From assembly GCA_964641415.1 (NCBI GenBank), contig CAZXMW010000006.1:69247-133246 (forward strand): DNA of 64,000 nt. Reading direction: 5' to 3'. A model generated the notes under the pieces. The model was not told the DNA's origin and did no database searches. It worked only from the letters and a program-made list of their open reading frames with translations. Made by a program: the position numbers and the translations under genes. Positions within the stretch are counted from its first letter, which is position 1. The number at the start of each line of letters is the position of its first letter. This stretch comes from an uncultured Thermoanaerobaculia bacterium. Its GTDB lineage: Bacteria; Acidobacteriota; Thermoanaerobaculia; Thermoanaerobaculales; Sulfomarinibacteraceae. Below, piece by piece: positions 1-9,434 of the stretch.

Positions 1-119
1 AGCAGGCGGCAGGCCCGGCGCGGCGAGCTCCACCTTGTTCGACAGCCGGTCGAGTCATCGCAACGATGCCTCCGACGGCGGAATGCGACAATGGGGCGCA
101 ACGAAAAGGAGACGACACC

Positions 120-533
120 ATGGAGCCGACTGCGATCCTCATCCCGATGTTCACGCTCATGGCCTTCACGATGGTGATGATCCTGACGTTGGGTGTCTTT
201 CGGAATGTCGCCATCCTGTCCGGGCGCGTGCAGATCAAGGTGTTCAAGTCGTTCAGCGAGCCCGGGGAGACCGAGGGCCTGCTGGCCATCAGGCGCAACG
301 TCGCCAACCTCTTCGAGCTGCCGGTGATCTTCTACGCCCTGTGTCTGACGGCCTTCGCGGCGGGCGTGACGGATCAGACCACGGTCGCCCTGGCGTGGGT
401 CTTCACCGGTTCGAGGCTGGTCCACTCGGCGATCCACATCACCTACAACAGCGTCCTGCACCGTTTCCTGGTCTTCGCCGCCGGGCTGGCCGTCGTGGCG
501 GTCATGCTGATCCGGATCGCCGCGAGCGTGTAG
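120..533 (+). CDS. MAPEG family membrane protein
   Basis: ATG at 120 after AGGAGA; motifs RNVANLFELPVIFY and AWVFTGSRLVHSAIH; about 4 TM helices. Confidence 0.85.
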   Translation: MEPTAILIPMFTLMAFTMVMILTLGVFRNVAILSGRVQIKVFKSFSEPGETEGLLAIRRNVANLFELPVIFYALCLTAFAAGVTDQTTVALAWVFTGSRLVHSAIHITYNSVLHRFLVFAAGLAVVAVMLIRIAASV

Positions 534-578
534 CCGGCATCTGACGCTCGGGTCCGACAGAGTTCCGGCCGGAGGGTG

Positions 579-761
579 CTAGCCCGGCCTTCTCACCAAT
601 CTCCGGCTGCAAGGCGCAGTACACCATGATCTTCGACGCTTTCTCGATTCGCTCGCTCGACGTACCGCAAGTACGACTGCGCTCCCTCATCTTGCGAGAG
701 CGCCGAATATCAAGGCGTCTTGCACCTTTCGCTACGGACCTTGGTGAGAAGTCCGGGCTCG
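579..761. mobile_element. MITE-like non-autonomous element forming a long imperfect hairpin
   Basis: 19-bp terminal inverted repeats AGCCCGGCCTTCTCACCAA (581-599) and TTGGTGAGAAGTCCGGGCT (741-759), 1 mismatch; nested internal IRs; CTAG at the left end and CTCG at the right; no transposase. Confidence 0.6.
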
Positions 762-771
762 AGTCTCGACC

Positions 772-1401
772 ATGTTCAAAGCCTTCTCGGTTCTGCTCGC
801 CCTTGCCCTGTCGACCGTGCTCATCGGCTGTTCCGGGAGCGGTTCCGAGAGCGACGCCCCAGCGTCGGTCGAGGCGCCATCCGACGCCTCCGCGCCGGTC
901 GAGACGACGCGCGTCGAGGGCTGGTGGCAGCAGGGGGACTCCGCCGGGCCGCTCGTCGTCGAGCTCGAGGGGGACGAGATTGTCGCCGTCGACCGCAACC
1001 TGTCGCACGGCGACTACGGTTCGACCCGCGACCGCTTCGAGTTCGACAGCGGCCGCCTGGTCCGCTACGTCCAGGACTCGAAGCTGCGCATGATGGACCC
1101 GGATGACCCGAGCCGGCTGGTCCCCGTGCTGATGCGGCTCGACTTCGGCGAGCAGCGCGTCCGAGAAGGAGGGGAGAAGGCGATCGACCGCAGCTTTGCC
1201 GTCGTGCAGGATTCGCACCGTCGCGGTCCGTCCGTTCTGGGCGGCGTTCGTCAAGGCCGTGGTGCCGAAGGTGTCGGGTGCGGAAACGTCGGCGCCCCGT
1301 GCCTGCTTGAACCCGTCCGACCGCAGCACCGTGGTGACGGGGACGACCCGATGCAGACTCGGCCGCTCAGTCGTCGATCAGGAAGAACTGGACCGTGGTG
1401 A
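772..1401 (+). CDS. Lipoprotein of unknown function, probably 3'-disrupted near 1190
   Basis: Signal peptide with lipobox LIGC; typical codon bias is lost after ~1190, where an antisense ankyrin fragment begins. Confidence 0.55.
   Translation: MFKAFSVLLALALSTVLIGCSGSGSESDAPASVEAPSDASAPVETTRVEGWWQQGDSAGPLVVELEGDEIVAVDRNLSHGDYGSTRDRFEFDSGRLVRYVQDSKLRMMDPDDPSRLVPVLMRLDFGEQRVREGGEKAIDRSFAVVQDSHRRGPSVLGGVRQGRGAEGVGCGNVGAPCLLEPVRPQHRGDGDDPMQTRPLSRRSGRTGPW
1183..1310 (-). pseudogene. Ankyrin-repeat gene remnant
   Basis: GADVSAPDTFGTTALTNAAQNGRTATVRILHDGKAAVD fits the ankyrin consensus (GADVN..D..G.TPL..AA..G...V+.LL..GA.V); no credible start or stop. Confidence 0.55.
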
Positions 1402-2083
1402 CGACGCGGATCTTCTTGTGCTCGGGTGAGAAGCGGTCCCGGTCCTGGATCGAGAAGTAGCCCTGCTGGGCGTTCCGGATCCCGCCCACCCGGGCGCCCG
1501 AGTCCTCGGCGAACTGCTGGGCGGCGCGCCGGGCGTCGCGGGTCGCCTCGCGGATCATGTCGGGCTTGACCTCGTCGAGGCCGGTGAAGAAGTACTCGGT
1601 GGTGGCGTCGTAGGAGCGGACCAGCGCCACGCCCTGACCGACCAGCTCGCCGCTGCGCTCCATGGCCGCACGGACCGCTTCGATGCGGGTCGAACGGATG
1701 GTCACGGTGGATTCCGCGACGTAGCGTTCGAGCCGGCCGGTCTGGTCCATGACCCCCTGGGCCTGGCGGTCGGTGACCCGGGCCTGGGAGGCGCTGATCT
1801 CGTCGTCGCTGAAGCCCTCGGCAAGGAAGGCCCGGATCTTGGCGGCGTTCTCCTCGGTGCGGCGCTGCAGGGTTGCCAGATCGTCGGCGGTCACCGAGTA
1901 GGTGATGGGCCAGACGACCAGGTCGGCCGGGGCCTCGCGCTCGGCGAGCCCGCGCACGGTCACGTAGCGGTCCGAGGCCCGCGCCTCGAGCAGCCCATGG
2001 CCCACGAAGTAGCCGGCGACCGCGAGGCCGATCGCGATCAGAAGCCCGGCCGCCGCGAGATTGCCGTCGCCCCTGTCTGCCAT
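1367..2083 (-). CDS. SIMPL (DUF541) domain protein
   Basis: N-terminal TM; RYVTVRGLAERE.ADLVVW, KPDMIREATRDARRAAQQFA, C-terminal KKIRVVTTVQF; GGAGG RBS. Confidence 0.9.
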   Translation of the reverse strand: MADRGDGNLAAAGLLIAIGLAVAGYFVGHGLLEARASDRYVTVRGLAEREAPADLVVWPITYSVTADDLATLQRRTEENAAKIRAFLAEGFSDDEISASQARVTDRQAQGVMDQTGRLERYVAESTVTIRSTRIEAVRAAMERSGELVGQGVALVRSYDATTEYFFTGLDEVKPDMIREATRDARRAAQQFAEDSGARVGGIRNAQQGYFSIQDRDRFSPEHKKIRVVTTVQFFLIDD

Positions 2084-2133
2084 GCCGCACCTCCACCGCT
2101 GCCGGGAGTCGATCCACGCTCATTGTCGCAGAT

Positions 2134-2238
2134 CTTGGGGACCACCCGGAAGGGCTCGGATACCTCGGATGCGCCGTCTGCGGCCACGAGCCCTCGCCTC
2201 AGGATCTGGTTCACCACTTCGGTGAAGCTGACGCCGTG
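2134..2238 (-). pseudogene. Possible RHH/VapB-like antitoxin remnant
   Basis: GVSFTEVVNQILRRGL...PFRVVPK resembles the C-terminal half of RHH antitoxins; no intact N-terminus or toxin. Confidence 0.4.
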
Positions 2239-2341
2239 GACAGGGGACCGGCATCCGTGATCAGCTCGGAGGTGACTCTCTGAACCCATGTGTCGAAACT
2301 GTGACCCTGGGGCTCGTTCGTCGAATGGTGGCCGCCGTGGG

Positions 2342-4378
2342 TCAACTCGAGACCTCCTGGCGGGCGGCGCGGAGGGTGATGGCGACGAGCACGACGACGG
2401 CGGTGCCGAGGGCGAGCCAGAGAAGCAGCTTCTGGGTGGCCGCGGAACCGGAGATTCGGCTCGCGACGCTGAAGTCGGGGTTCGGCTCGAGCTCGAGGCT
2501 GCCGATCTCGGCGACCGGAACGGCGAGGATCGCCGAGCGCACACGTTCGAGCTCGTAGACCGGCGTCCGGTCGTCCGGGTGGCCGAGCAGCAGCCGGTAC
2601 TCGCCCCGCTCGGCGGCCATGTAGAGGTCGGGTACCATCGTGTGCACCTCGACAGCGCCGAACCCGAGCGGCGCGTCGTCGCCGTCGGTGACCTCGAGCC
2701 GAAGCCCGGTCACGCGGGTCGGGGGAATGGCGATGGTCACCGGCCTGGGGTCGCCGACGCGGCGAACGAGGCGGCCCCGGGCGAGCACCCTCTCGCCGTC
2801 GCCGGGGAGCTCCGCGGTCAGGCGGAAGTCCCGGTCGACATACGGCGCTTTCACCTCGAGGTCGAGCCGGTGAAGGCTGAGCGGGCCATCCTCGATCCCG
2901 ATCGTGTAGCTCGAGACCCGGGTGTCGACCCGGTGTTCCTCGATCTCCACTGGAATCGGAATCGAAGCCGCCGCATCCTGACGCAGGTAGGCCCACTGTC
3001 GGCCTTCGGCGTCGACGATCCTCAGGTCAGCGAGATCGGATCGGGCAACGGCGAGGTCGGCGGGCCCGAGCCGCAGTCTGGCCAGACCCTCGGCCGACGG
3101 GACCACCTCGAGCCGGCGGCGGTGAGAGTAGGGCCGTGGGTCGAGCTCGGCGCCGGGGTGGATGGCGAAAGCGAGCACCGGGGCGGGATCGTAGCTCGGG
3201 TTGCGGATCGGGTCCCCGAGGGTGGCGATCGTCGCCCGCGCCGGGTCGAGCATGGCACGGGCCGTTCGCGCCGCCGCCCCGGTCGCCGCAGTCAGGCGGT
3301 CGGGATCGAGCGAGGCGAGGTCGTATCGTGGGCGGTGGGCGCGGCCGCCGCCGTAGTAAAGCGACACCGGCTTTCCGGGCATCGAGAAGACGAGCACCGG
3401 TCGGGGCATCGTCGCCGTGACCTCGACGTCCTCGAGCGGCGGGCTGTCTCCGTCATCGACGACGAGCCGCAGTCGGTCGCCTCGAGGCGACCGAAGCGGG
3501 ATCTCGAGGGTCTCCACCGGCGCGATGGCGGCGATGCGGAACACCGAGTTGGCGCCCAGCGGCTCCGGGTCCGCGCCCGGACCCTCGTCCCACACCGTCA
3601 CCGACCGGTGGAAGGTGTCGGTGGCGGTCGCGATGACCAGGCGTCGCGGCACGATGCCCCGGGGCCGCTGGACGACGACCTCGGTCGACCCTCCGAGCTT
3701 GCGGATCTCGACCAGGGGAAGTCCGACCGCGGACGACCCGGTCGCGGGCAATAGGCTGCTCGCCTCGAGTGAGAAGCGGGGCTCCAGATAGCCGAGGTCC
3801 CGGCTCTCGACGGCTACTTCGAGGCGGACGGCCCCGGTGGTGGGGAGGGTGAAGCGGAGCTTCTCCGCGGCCGACGACGGCAGCCGGAAGACCGCGCCCC
3901 GATCGATCACGGGCGTGCGGGCGCCGTCCGCGCCGACGGCGGTGATGTCGAGCCTGGCGACGAACTCCCGCGTCGCGACGTCGAGGACGAGCTCCCAGGC
4001 CGGGACGTCGGACGGAAGCTTCGGGACCTCGAAGACGAACGACTCGCGGTGAATGTCGACACGGTCCACCACTTCGCGCGACCGTCGGGCTTCGGCGATC
4101 TCGGGCGAGAAGCTGTGCCGCACCCGGGTCGCGACGCCCGGCGGGTCAGGGCTGTCGACGAGGTAGGGAATTTCGGCGCCGTCGGCGGTGAGAATCCGAA
4201 GGTCCGCGAGGTCCGGCCGACAGTTGCCGACGACCTCGGGGGGCAGCTCGAGCCGGGTCAGCCCGGTGCCGTCGGCCGCGATCGGCGCTCTGAGAGGAAA
4301 CAGGATGGCCAGCGTCCCGGGTTCGGCCAGGGCGACGGCAGGCAGCGCAATGACGATGATGAGGGCGAGCCGTTTCAT
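2342..4378 (-). CDS. DUF3999-like exported protein, internally duplicated, with C-terminal TM anchor
   Basis: Signal peptide; two copies of GL.RL.L...DLADLRI..A+G...Y; C-terminal LLLWLALGTAVVVLVAI; downstream of DUF2339. Confidence 0.75.
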   Translation of the reverse strand: MKRLALIIVIALPAVALAEPGTLAILFPLRAPIAADGTGLTRLELPPEVVGNCRPDLADLRILTADGAEIPYLVDSPDPPGVATRVRHSFSPEIAEARRSREVVDRVDIHRESFVFEVPKLPSDVPAWELVLDVATREFVARLDITAVGADGARTPVIDRGAVFRLPSSAAEKLRFTLPTTGAVRLEVAVESRDLGYLEPRFSLEASSLLPATGSSAVGLPLVEIRKLGGSTEVVVQRPRGIVPRRLVIATATDTFHRSVTVWDEGPGADPEPLGANSVFRIAAIAPVETLEIPLRSPRGDRLRLVVDDGDSPPLEDVEVTATMPRPVLVFSMPGKPVSLYYGGGRAHRPRYDLASLDPDRLTAATGAAARTARAMLDPARATIATLGDPIRNPSYDPAPVLAFAIHPGAELDPRPYSHRRRLEVVPSAEGLARLRLGPADLAVARSDLADLRIVDAEGRQWAYLRQDAAASIPIPVEIEEHRVDTRVSSYTIGIEDGPLSLHRLDLEVKAPYVDRDFRLTAELPGDGERVLARGRLVRRVGDPRPVTIAIPPTRVTGLRLEVTDGDDAPLGFGAVEVHTMVPDLYMAAERGEYRLLLGHPDDRTPVYELERVRSAILAVPVAEIGSLELEPNPDFSVASRISGSAATQKLLLWLALGTAVVVLVAITLRAARQEVSS

Positions 4379-4542
4379 GGGTCATCCTCCGACCTGAGAT
4401 GAGGGTCTCCGCTGGGTGAGATGGGCCAGGATCATGATGTGCCGGTGGTTGCGAAAAACGGAGGTATTCGGTTCGGTATGTCGAGTGTTTTCGCGACCGT
4501 CCCGGGCGCGAGAGATTGGTGCAGATCGCCAGTCGGAATCGC

Positions 4543-7500
4543 TCATCCGGGGTCCGGGTTCGTCCTGAAGACGAATCGTTGGTAGATCAGCGACACGATG
4601 ATCAGCGACAGCGCAAGACCCACCAAGGAGGCCACGCGGTAGAGGTCCTCGAGCCGGCCGAGATCGTGGAGAAAGACCTTGCCCAGGGTCAGGACGAGCA
4701 TTCCCAGGCTGAGCCAGCGCAGCGAGCCGCTCTTCGACCTGACGCCGATGGCGAGCAGAACGAGGGCGTAGACCGCCCATGCCACCGAGGTGGCGGCGTC
4801 GCGCGCCGGCATCCGCTCGAAGCTGAGCTCGAGATTGGGCCCGGTGGCGAAGGCGTCGGCGATGGCCAGATTGATCCAGGCGAAGACCACAGCCACCGCG
4901 GCGAGACCGCAGCACGAGGCCCAGATCGGTTTCTCGACCGGGTAGATCCGCCGCTCCCAGCGCGTGAGCCGGTCGATCTCGCGGCGGCGCAGCAGGAGAT
5001 GTGACGAGATCATCGCAGCGGCGGGGACGAGGTAGGTGTAGGTCAGCCAGTTGAGCACCGAGGCTCCCGACCGCACGTGGTAGCTCAGCACCCATGGGTT
5101 GGCGACCAGGCGGACGGTGGCCGCCCCGAGCAGGGCGAGACCGAAGTACTTGAGGCCCGGGTGGTCGAGCCGGACCCAGAGAGCGAGGATGGCCAGCCCG
5201 TTGACCGCCCAACCGATGGTGATCCACTCATTGTCGAGCTGGAGCGGGATCGCCACGGAAACCAGGCTGAGGGCAACCGCCAGGTACCACACGATCATCG
5301 TCCGCCTGCCGGCGTCGGAAGTGGACAGCCTGGTCCGGGTCCGGAGCGCGGTCGCCAGTGCGACCGCCGCGAGACCCACCGGCAGCAGTCCGATGCCCTC
5401 ATTGCCGAAGTGGTCGTGCCAGACGGCCCACAGCGGGAAAAACCAGAGCGGTCCGGCGAGCGCGGCGCCCCACCAACCGGCGCGACCGGATCGGAACGCG
5501 GTCGGGACGAGAGCCGGCCAGACGGTGAAGAAGGTCGCAGAGAGCGCGAGCGCGACGAGCGCCGGCCCAAGCGCTTCGTTCGGCCATCCGCCGAAGCAGA
5601 CGACGGCCTGGAGGAACGCCGCGGCCACGGTTGAGGCGAGCAGCCAGACCCCGGAACGCATCCTCGTTGCCGCGAGAGCTGCGAGCACCCCGAGGACGAG
5701 AACGGCGCCGAGGTGGGCGATGTTGTCGGCACGGTAGATCGAGGGCAGCGAGGCGACGCCCACCATCATCGAAAGCGCGGTCGTCGCTGCGGCCCGCTCG
5801 GCCCACAGCCGGCGCGTCCCGTCAGACGTCAGCAGGGCAAGCGCCTGGAACGCCACAGCGAAGCCGATCATCAGCCCGATCCAGACCCAGCCCTCTGGGG
5901 CGCCGGCGTCCCGGCCGTGCTCGCCGACGGCGACGGCCAGGCCGATCGCCGGAACGATGCCCGCCGCGAGCTGCACCCACACCCTCCCGGGTCGTCGGGA
6001 GCCAAGGACGAGGAGACCGCCGAGGGCGATCCAGGCGGCGGTCCACGGCCACAGCTCGAACCCGTCGCACCGCGGCACCGCCAGGATCGACAGCGCCGAG
6101 AAGCCGAGCGCGGAGACGAGCGCGGCCAGGTCGAGGCCGCGTGAGCGTTCGCGGTCGCGCCACAGCTCGGCGGCGGCGGTGAAGAGGGCGGCCATGGCGA
6201 CGCACAGGCCCAGCACCAGCCAGGCGAGCGACGGCGGCATCCGGTGGCCGAGGAACCACAGCCCCATGACGGCGATGTCGGCGGCCGCGGCGGCCACGGC
6301 TGCGCCACTGTGTCCGCCGCGGCGCTCGAGCCAGATCGCGCCGGCGCTGAGAGTCAGCAGCAGGGCGCCCAGCGGCCAGGGATTGTCGGCGAGCTCGGCG
6401 GTGGCGGCGAAGTGGAGCGCGAACGCGAAGGGGATCGCGACCCCGCCGGCGCGGGTCGCTCGCCACAGGGTCGAGGACTCCCGGTCGCCGCCGGAGACCA
6501 AGAGAAAAGCGAGGCCGAAGACGCCGAGCACGGCGATGCCGGTGAGCGACTGCTCGGCGTCCATCGAGGCGAAGATCCAGATCGCCTGGTGGACGGCCGT
6601 ACCGGCCAGGCTGAGGACCGCGAGCACCGGCCACGCTCGAGCTCGCGCCAGCCAGAGCAGCCCGAGATCGAGCAGGAGGATGTAGCCGAAGAGGGCCGCC
6701 GGGCTGTCCATCTCCGAGGCGACCAGGACCGGGGTGGCGAAGCCGCCGACCAGGCCGAGCACCGCGATGAAGAGCGCACGACGAGCGACCGCAAGGGCGA
6801 CGCACACCGCCGTGATCAGGACCATCAACGCGAAGGCCGGCACGGTGCCGATCAGGCCGTAGAGGTTCTGGGCGGCCCAGGTCGCGCCGTACAGGATGAC
6901 CACTCCGGCGCCGGCGAGGGCGTTGCCGGCCGCCGGCTGGTCGCGCTTGACGAGCCACTCCGACCCCACGAGGCAGACGATCCCGGCGATGACGCCGAGA
7001 ACGACCCGCATGGTGGGCGAGATGAGCCCGTGCTCGATCGAGTACTGGAAGAAGAGCAGCGAGGCCAGGGCGAGAACGATCCCACCGGCCGCCGCCGCTC
7101 CCCGGACCCCGATCCACCGCTCCCAGTCGATGGTTGCGCGCGGCTCGACGGCTGGGCTGGAAGGAGGGGGTGGGGAAGCCGTCGGTCGGGTCGGGACGGG
7201 CCCGGGTCCCGGTTCCGGTTCGGTGATCGGAGGTTCGGGGAGCGAGGGCGTGGCCGCCGGCGGTCCGGTCGGCGGCTGAGCGGCCTCCGGCTCGTGCAGC
7301 GGCGGAACGTGGGCCGTCCCCGTTGTCCTGGGCGGCGCGGTTGCATCTGCTGGGCGGGGTCGGGCTCCTGCGGGGGGCGTCGGCGCCGTGGCCTCCGGGA
7401 GCCCGGCGGTCTCGAGCCCGCCGATCCGCCGCTCGAGATCGCCGAGCCGTCTCGCCAGCGGATGATCGGAACCGGCGCCGACGGAGCGCTCCAGGTCGTC

Positions 7501-7617
7501 GATTCGAAGCCTGAGCGAGCGCTGCTTCAACAGCGCGACGATGCCGAGGATCACCCCCGAGAGAATGAGGGCGGGGATGACGACCACGACCAGGAAGACG
7601 AGCAGCTCTTCCATCAT
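4543..7617 (-). CDS. DUF2339 polytopic membrane protein (~1024 aa)
   Basis: Start MMEELL overlaps the TetR stop (ATGA); Pro-rich linker, then WERWIGVRG, LGLVGGFATP and C-terminal KVFLHDLGRL..LYRVASL.GL. Confidence 0.88.
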   Translation of the reverse strand: MMEELLVFLVVVVIPALILSGVILGIVALLKQRSLRLRIDDLERSVGAGSDHPLARRLGDLERRIGGLETAGLPEATAPTPPAGARPRPADATAPPRTTGTAHVPPLHEPEAAQPPTGPPAATPSLPEPPITEPEPGPGPVPTRPTASPPPPSSPAVEPRATIDWERWIGVRGAAAAGGIVLALASLLFFQYSIEHGLISPTMRVVLGVIAGIVCLVGSEWLVKRDQPAAGNALAGAGVVILYGATWAAQNLYGLIGTVPAFALMVLITAVCVALAVARRALFIAVLGLVGGFATPVLVASEMDSPAALFGYILLLDLGLLWLARARAWPVLAVLSLAGTAVHQAIWIFASMDAEQSLTGIAVLGVFGLAFLLVSGGDRESSTLWRATRAGGVAIPFAFALHFAATAELADNPWPLGALLLTLSAGAIWLERRGGHSGAAVAAAAADIAVMGLWFLGHRMPPSLAWLVLGLCVAMAALFTAAAELWRDRERSRGLDLAALVSALGFSALSILAVPRCDGFELWPWTAAWIALGGLLVLGSRRPGRVWVQLAAGIVPAIGLAVAVGEHGRDAGAPEGWVWIGLMIGFAVAFQALALLTSDGTRRLWAERAAATTALSMMVGVASLPSIYRADNIAHLGAVLVLGVLAALAATRMRSGVWLLASTVAAAFLQAVVCFGGWPNEALGPALVALALSATFFTVWPALVPTAFRSGRAGWWGAALAGPLWFFPLWAVWHDHFGNEGIGLLPVGLAAVALATALRTRTRLSTSDAGRRTMIVWYLAVALSLVSVAIPLQLDNEWITIGWAVNGLAILALWVRLDHPGLKYFGLALLGAATVRLVANPWVLSYHVRSGASVLNWLTYTYLVPAAAMISSHLLLRRREIDRLTRWERRIYPVEKPIWASCCGLAAVAVVFAWINLAIADAFATGPNLELSFERMPARDAATSVAWAVYALVLLAIGVRSKSGSLRWLSLGMLVLTLGKVFLHDLGRLEDLYRVASLVGLALSLIIVSLIYQRFVFRTNPDPG

Positions 7618-8225
7618 TGACACCCTTTCGTCGACGGGATCGGATCGAGAAGAAGACGGCCCACGCGGTCGAGCAGCCGGGTACGGTCCGACGAGCTGAG
7701 CAGATCGAGATCCCGGCCGATGTTGATCATCGTCCCGAGGGCGACCGTGGCCCAGGCCGCGTCGCCGGGCAGAACCGGGTACGGCTCGGCCGAAGGCTCC
7801 CGCCGGCGGTGCTCCACGACCCGCTCCTCGATCCACTTCTGAAACCGCCGGTAGGTGGAGCGAAGGGCCTCGCGGATCTCCGGGTCGTCGAACTCGTTGA
7901 GCCCCGCGACCAGGATCCGGTACAGACCGAGCTCGCCGTGGTGCTCGGCCTCGTAGGCCAGCACCTGCTCGGCGGGGCTGGCGTCGTCCGACGCGGCGGT
8001 GATGTCCGTCCAGATCGCCATCGAGATCTCGAAGACGTGGCCGATGGCCGCCAGGAACATGGCCTTCTTGTCGGGCCACAGGCGATAGAGGATCGTTTCC
8101 TGGACTGCGCATCGGTGGGCGAGCTCCGCGGTCGTGGCCCGCCGGTACCCGAGCTCGGCGAAGGTGCCGGCGATGATCGGCAGCAGCTTGGCACGGCGCT
8201 GGGCGCTGCGATCGGTCCGGGGCAT
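7614..8225 (-). CDS. TetR/AcrR family transcriptional regulator
   Basis: FAELGYRRATTAELAHRCAVQETILYRLWPDKKAMF HTH. Confidence 0.9.
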   Translation of the reverse strand: MPRTDRSAQRRAKLLPIIAGTFAELGYRRATTAELAHRCAVQETILYRLWPDKKAMFLAAIGHVFEISMAIWTDITAASDDASPAEQVLAYEAEHHGELGLYRILVAGLNEFDDPEIREALRSTYRRFQKWIEERVVEHRRREPSAEPYPVLPGDAAWATVALGTMINIGRDLDLLSSSDRTRLLDRVGRLLLDPIPSTKGCQ

Positions 8226-8244
8226 CGATCGGTGACCGCCTTTC

Positions 8245-8288
8245 GTTAGTGTTCACTTACAAAATACGTTAATCGGCGTTTTTGTCAA
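8245..8288 (-). promoter_or_regulatory. Sigma70-like promoter plus putative TetR operator
   Basis: Minus strand TTGACA-N16-TATTTT; adjacent palindrome GTTAGTG-TT-CACTTAC (8245-8260, 1 mismatch). Confidence 0.6.
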
Positions 8289-8585
8289 GGCCTGGGCTCC
8301 GGGAAGGTGACTGATGACGGGCGGTGTGTCGGATGATTCGCGGCACCGTATCGGGCGCCCGGGTTGCATCACAGTCGGACCCATCGCGGGGACGGTCCGT
8401 GTGGTGGCTTCGAATGGCTCGTGATCTCTCCGCATCCGACGACCCGTCGATTCCAGAGCCGGGTTTGAGATCCGGCTGCGTTCTGGTACCTTCGGGGCGA
8501 GCAAAAGGAAGGTCCCATTCACTCGAACAGGCGCCGTCCGGCTGATTCGCACCTTGGCACGGCATGGCGTGGACTGAACCTCGCC

Positions 8586-9380
8586 GTGGTGCTGGTCGTC
8601 GGCTCGCTCGCGTCCCCTGCGGCCCTGGCACAGACCGCCGATCCTCCACCCGGCACGACCCGGGCAGGCCAGCCTGCAGGCGGCGGCGGCATCCGGTGGT
8701 CCCTGGGAGCGGGCGTGATTGTCGCGCCGCGGCCGTACGTCGGCGCCGACGCCGAGATCCAGCCGATCCCGATCATCGAATTCTACTCCGGGCGCTGGTT
8801 CGTCCAGGGCATCCGCGCGGGCTACCGGTTCGTGGACACCCGGTCCATCGACTTCAACGTCGGTGCGCGGATCAGGTTTTCCGGACTCGATCCGGACGAC
8901 TCGCCCTTTCTCGAGGGGATGGAGGAGCGGCGCCAGACCGTCGAGGCCGGGCTCGGTCTCGACTGGGAGTTCGCCCGCGCGCTGAGGGGCGCATTCGAGC
9001 TGGAGCTGCGGGCGTTCGCCGACGTGCTCGGGCGCAGCGACGGCTTCGAGACCTCCATCGACCTCGGCTGGCGACGGGTGTTCGGTCCCGGCAAGATGAT
9101 CCTGCTGCCGGCGGTCGGCATGGTCTACCAGAGCTCGGACCAGGTGGACTACTACTACGGCGTCCGGCCCGAGGAGGCGCTGCCGGGACGTCCGGCCTAT
9201 CGGGGAGCGGCCGTCTTCAACCCGCGGGCCTCGGTGCTGTTCGTCTACCGGTTCACCCACCGGTGGGGGCTGACGACGCTGGTCTCCGTGGACTTCTTCG
9301 ACGACGAGATCGAGTCGAGCCCGATCGTCGATCAGAGCTCGGAGCTGTTCGGCCTCGTCGGTCTGGCCTACTCCTTCTGA
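8586..9380 (+). CDS. MipA/OmpV family outer-membrane protein
   Basis: PYVGAD, LEGMEERRQT, VDYYYGVRPEEA..GRPAY, IESSPIVD, C-terminal YSF; start uncertain. Confidence 0.9.
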   Translation: MVLVVGSLASPAALAQTADPPPGTTRAGQPAGGGGIRWSLGAGVIVAPRPYVGADAEIQPIPIIEFYSGRWFVQGIRAGYRFVDTRSIDFNVGARIRFSGLDPDDSPFLEGMEERRQTVEAGLGLDWEFARALRGAFELELRAFADVLGRSDGFETSIDLGWRRVFGPGKMILLPAVGMVYQSSDQVDYYYGVRPEEALPGRPAYRGAAVFNPRASVLFVYRFTHRWGLTTLVSVDFFDDEIESSPIVDQSSELFGLVGLAYSF

Positions 9381-9434
9381 CCTACCGGGCTCGGCAGCCA
9401 GCCCTCTGAACTCGGTCCGACCGGGGTCCCGCTC

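Noticed and set aside
7140-7410. Pro-rich low-complexity tract as a repeat element
   Set aside because: Normal disordered linker of DUF2339 proteins
4543-8256. 1237-aa ORF as a single protein
   Set aside because: The first 213 codons are an alternative frame over TetR; the real start is at 7617/7614
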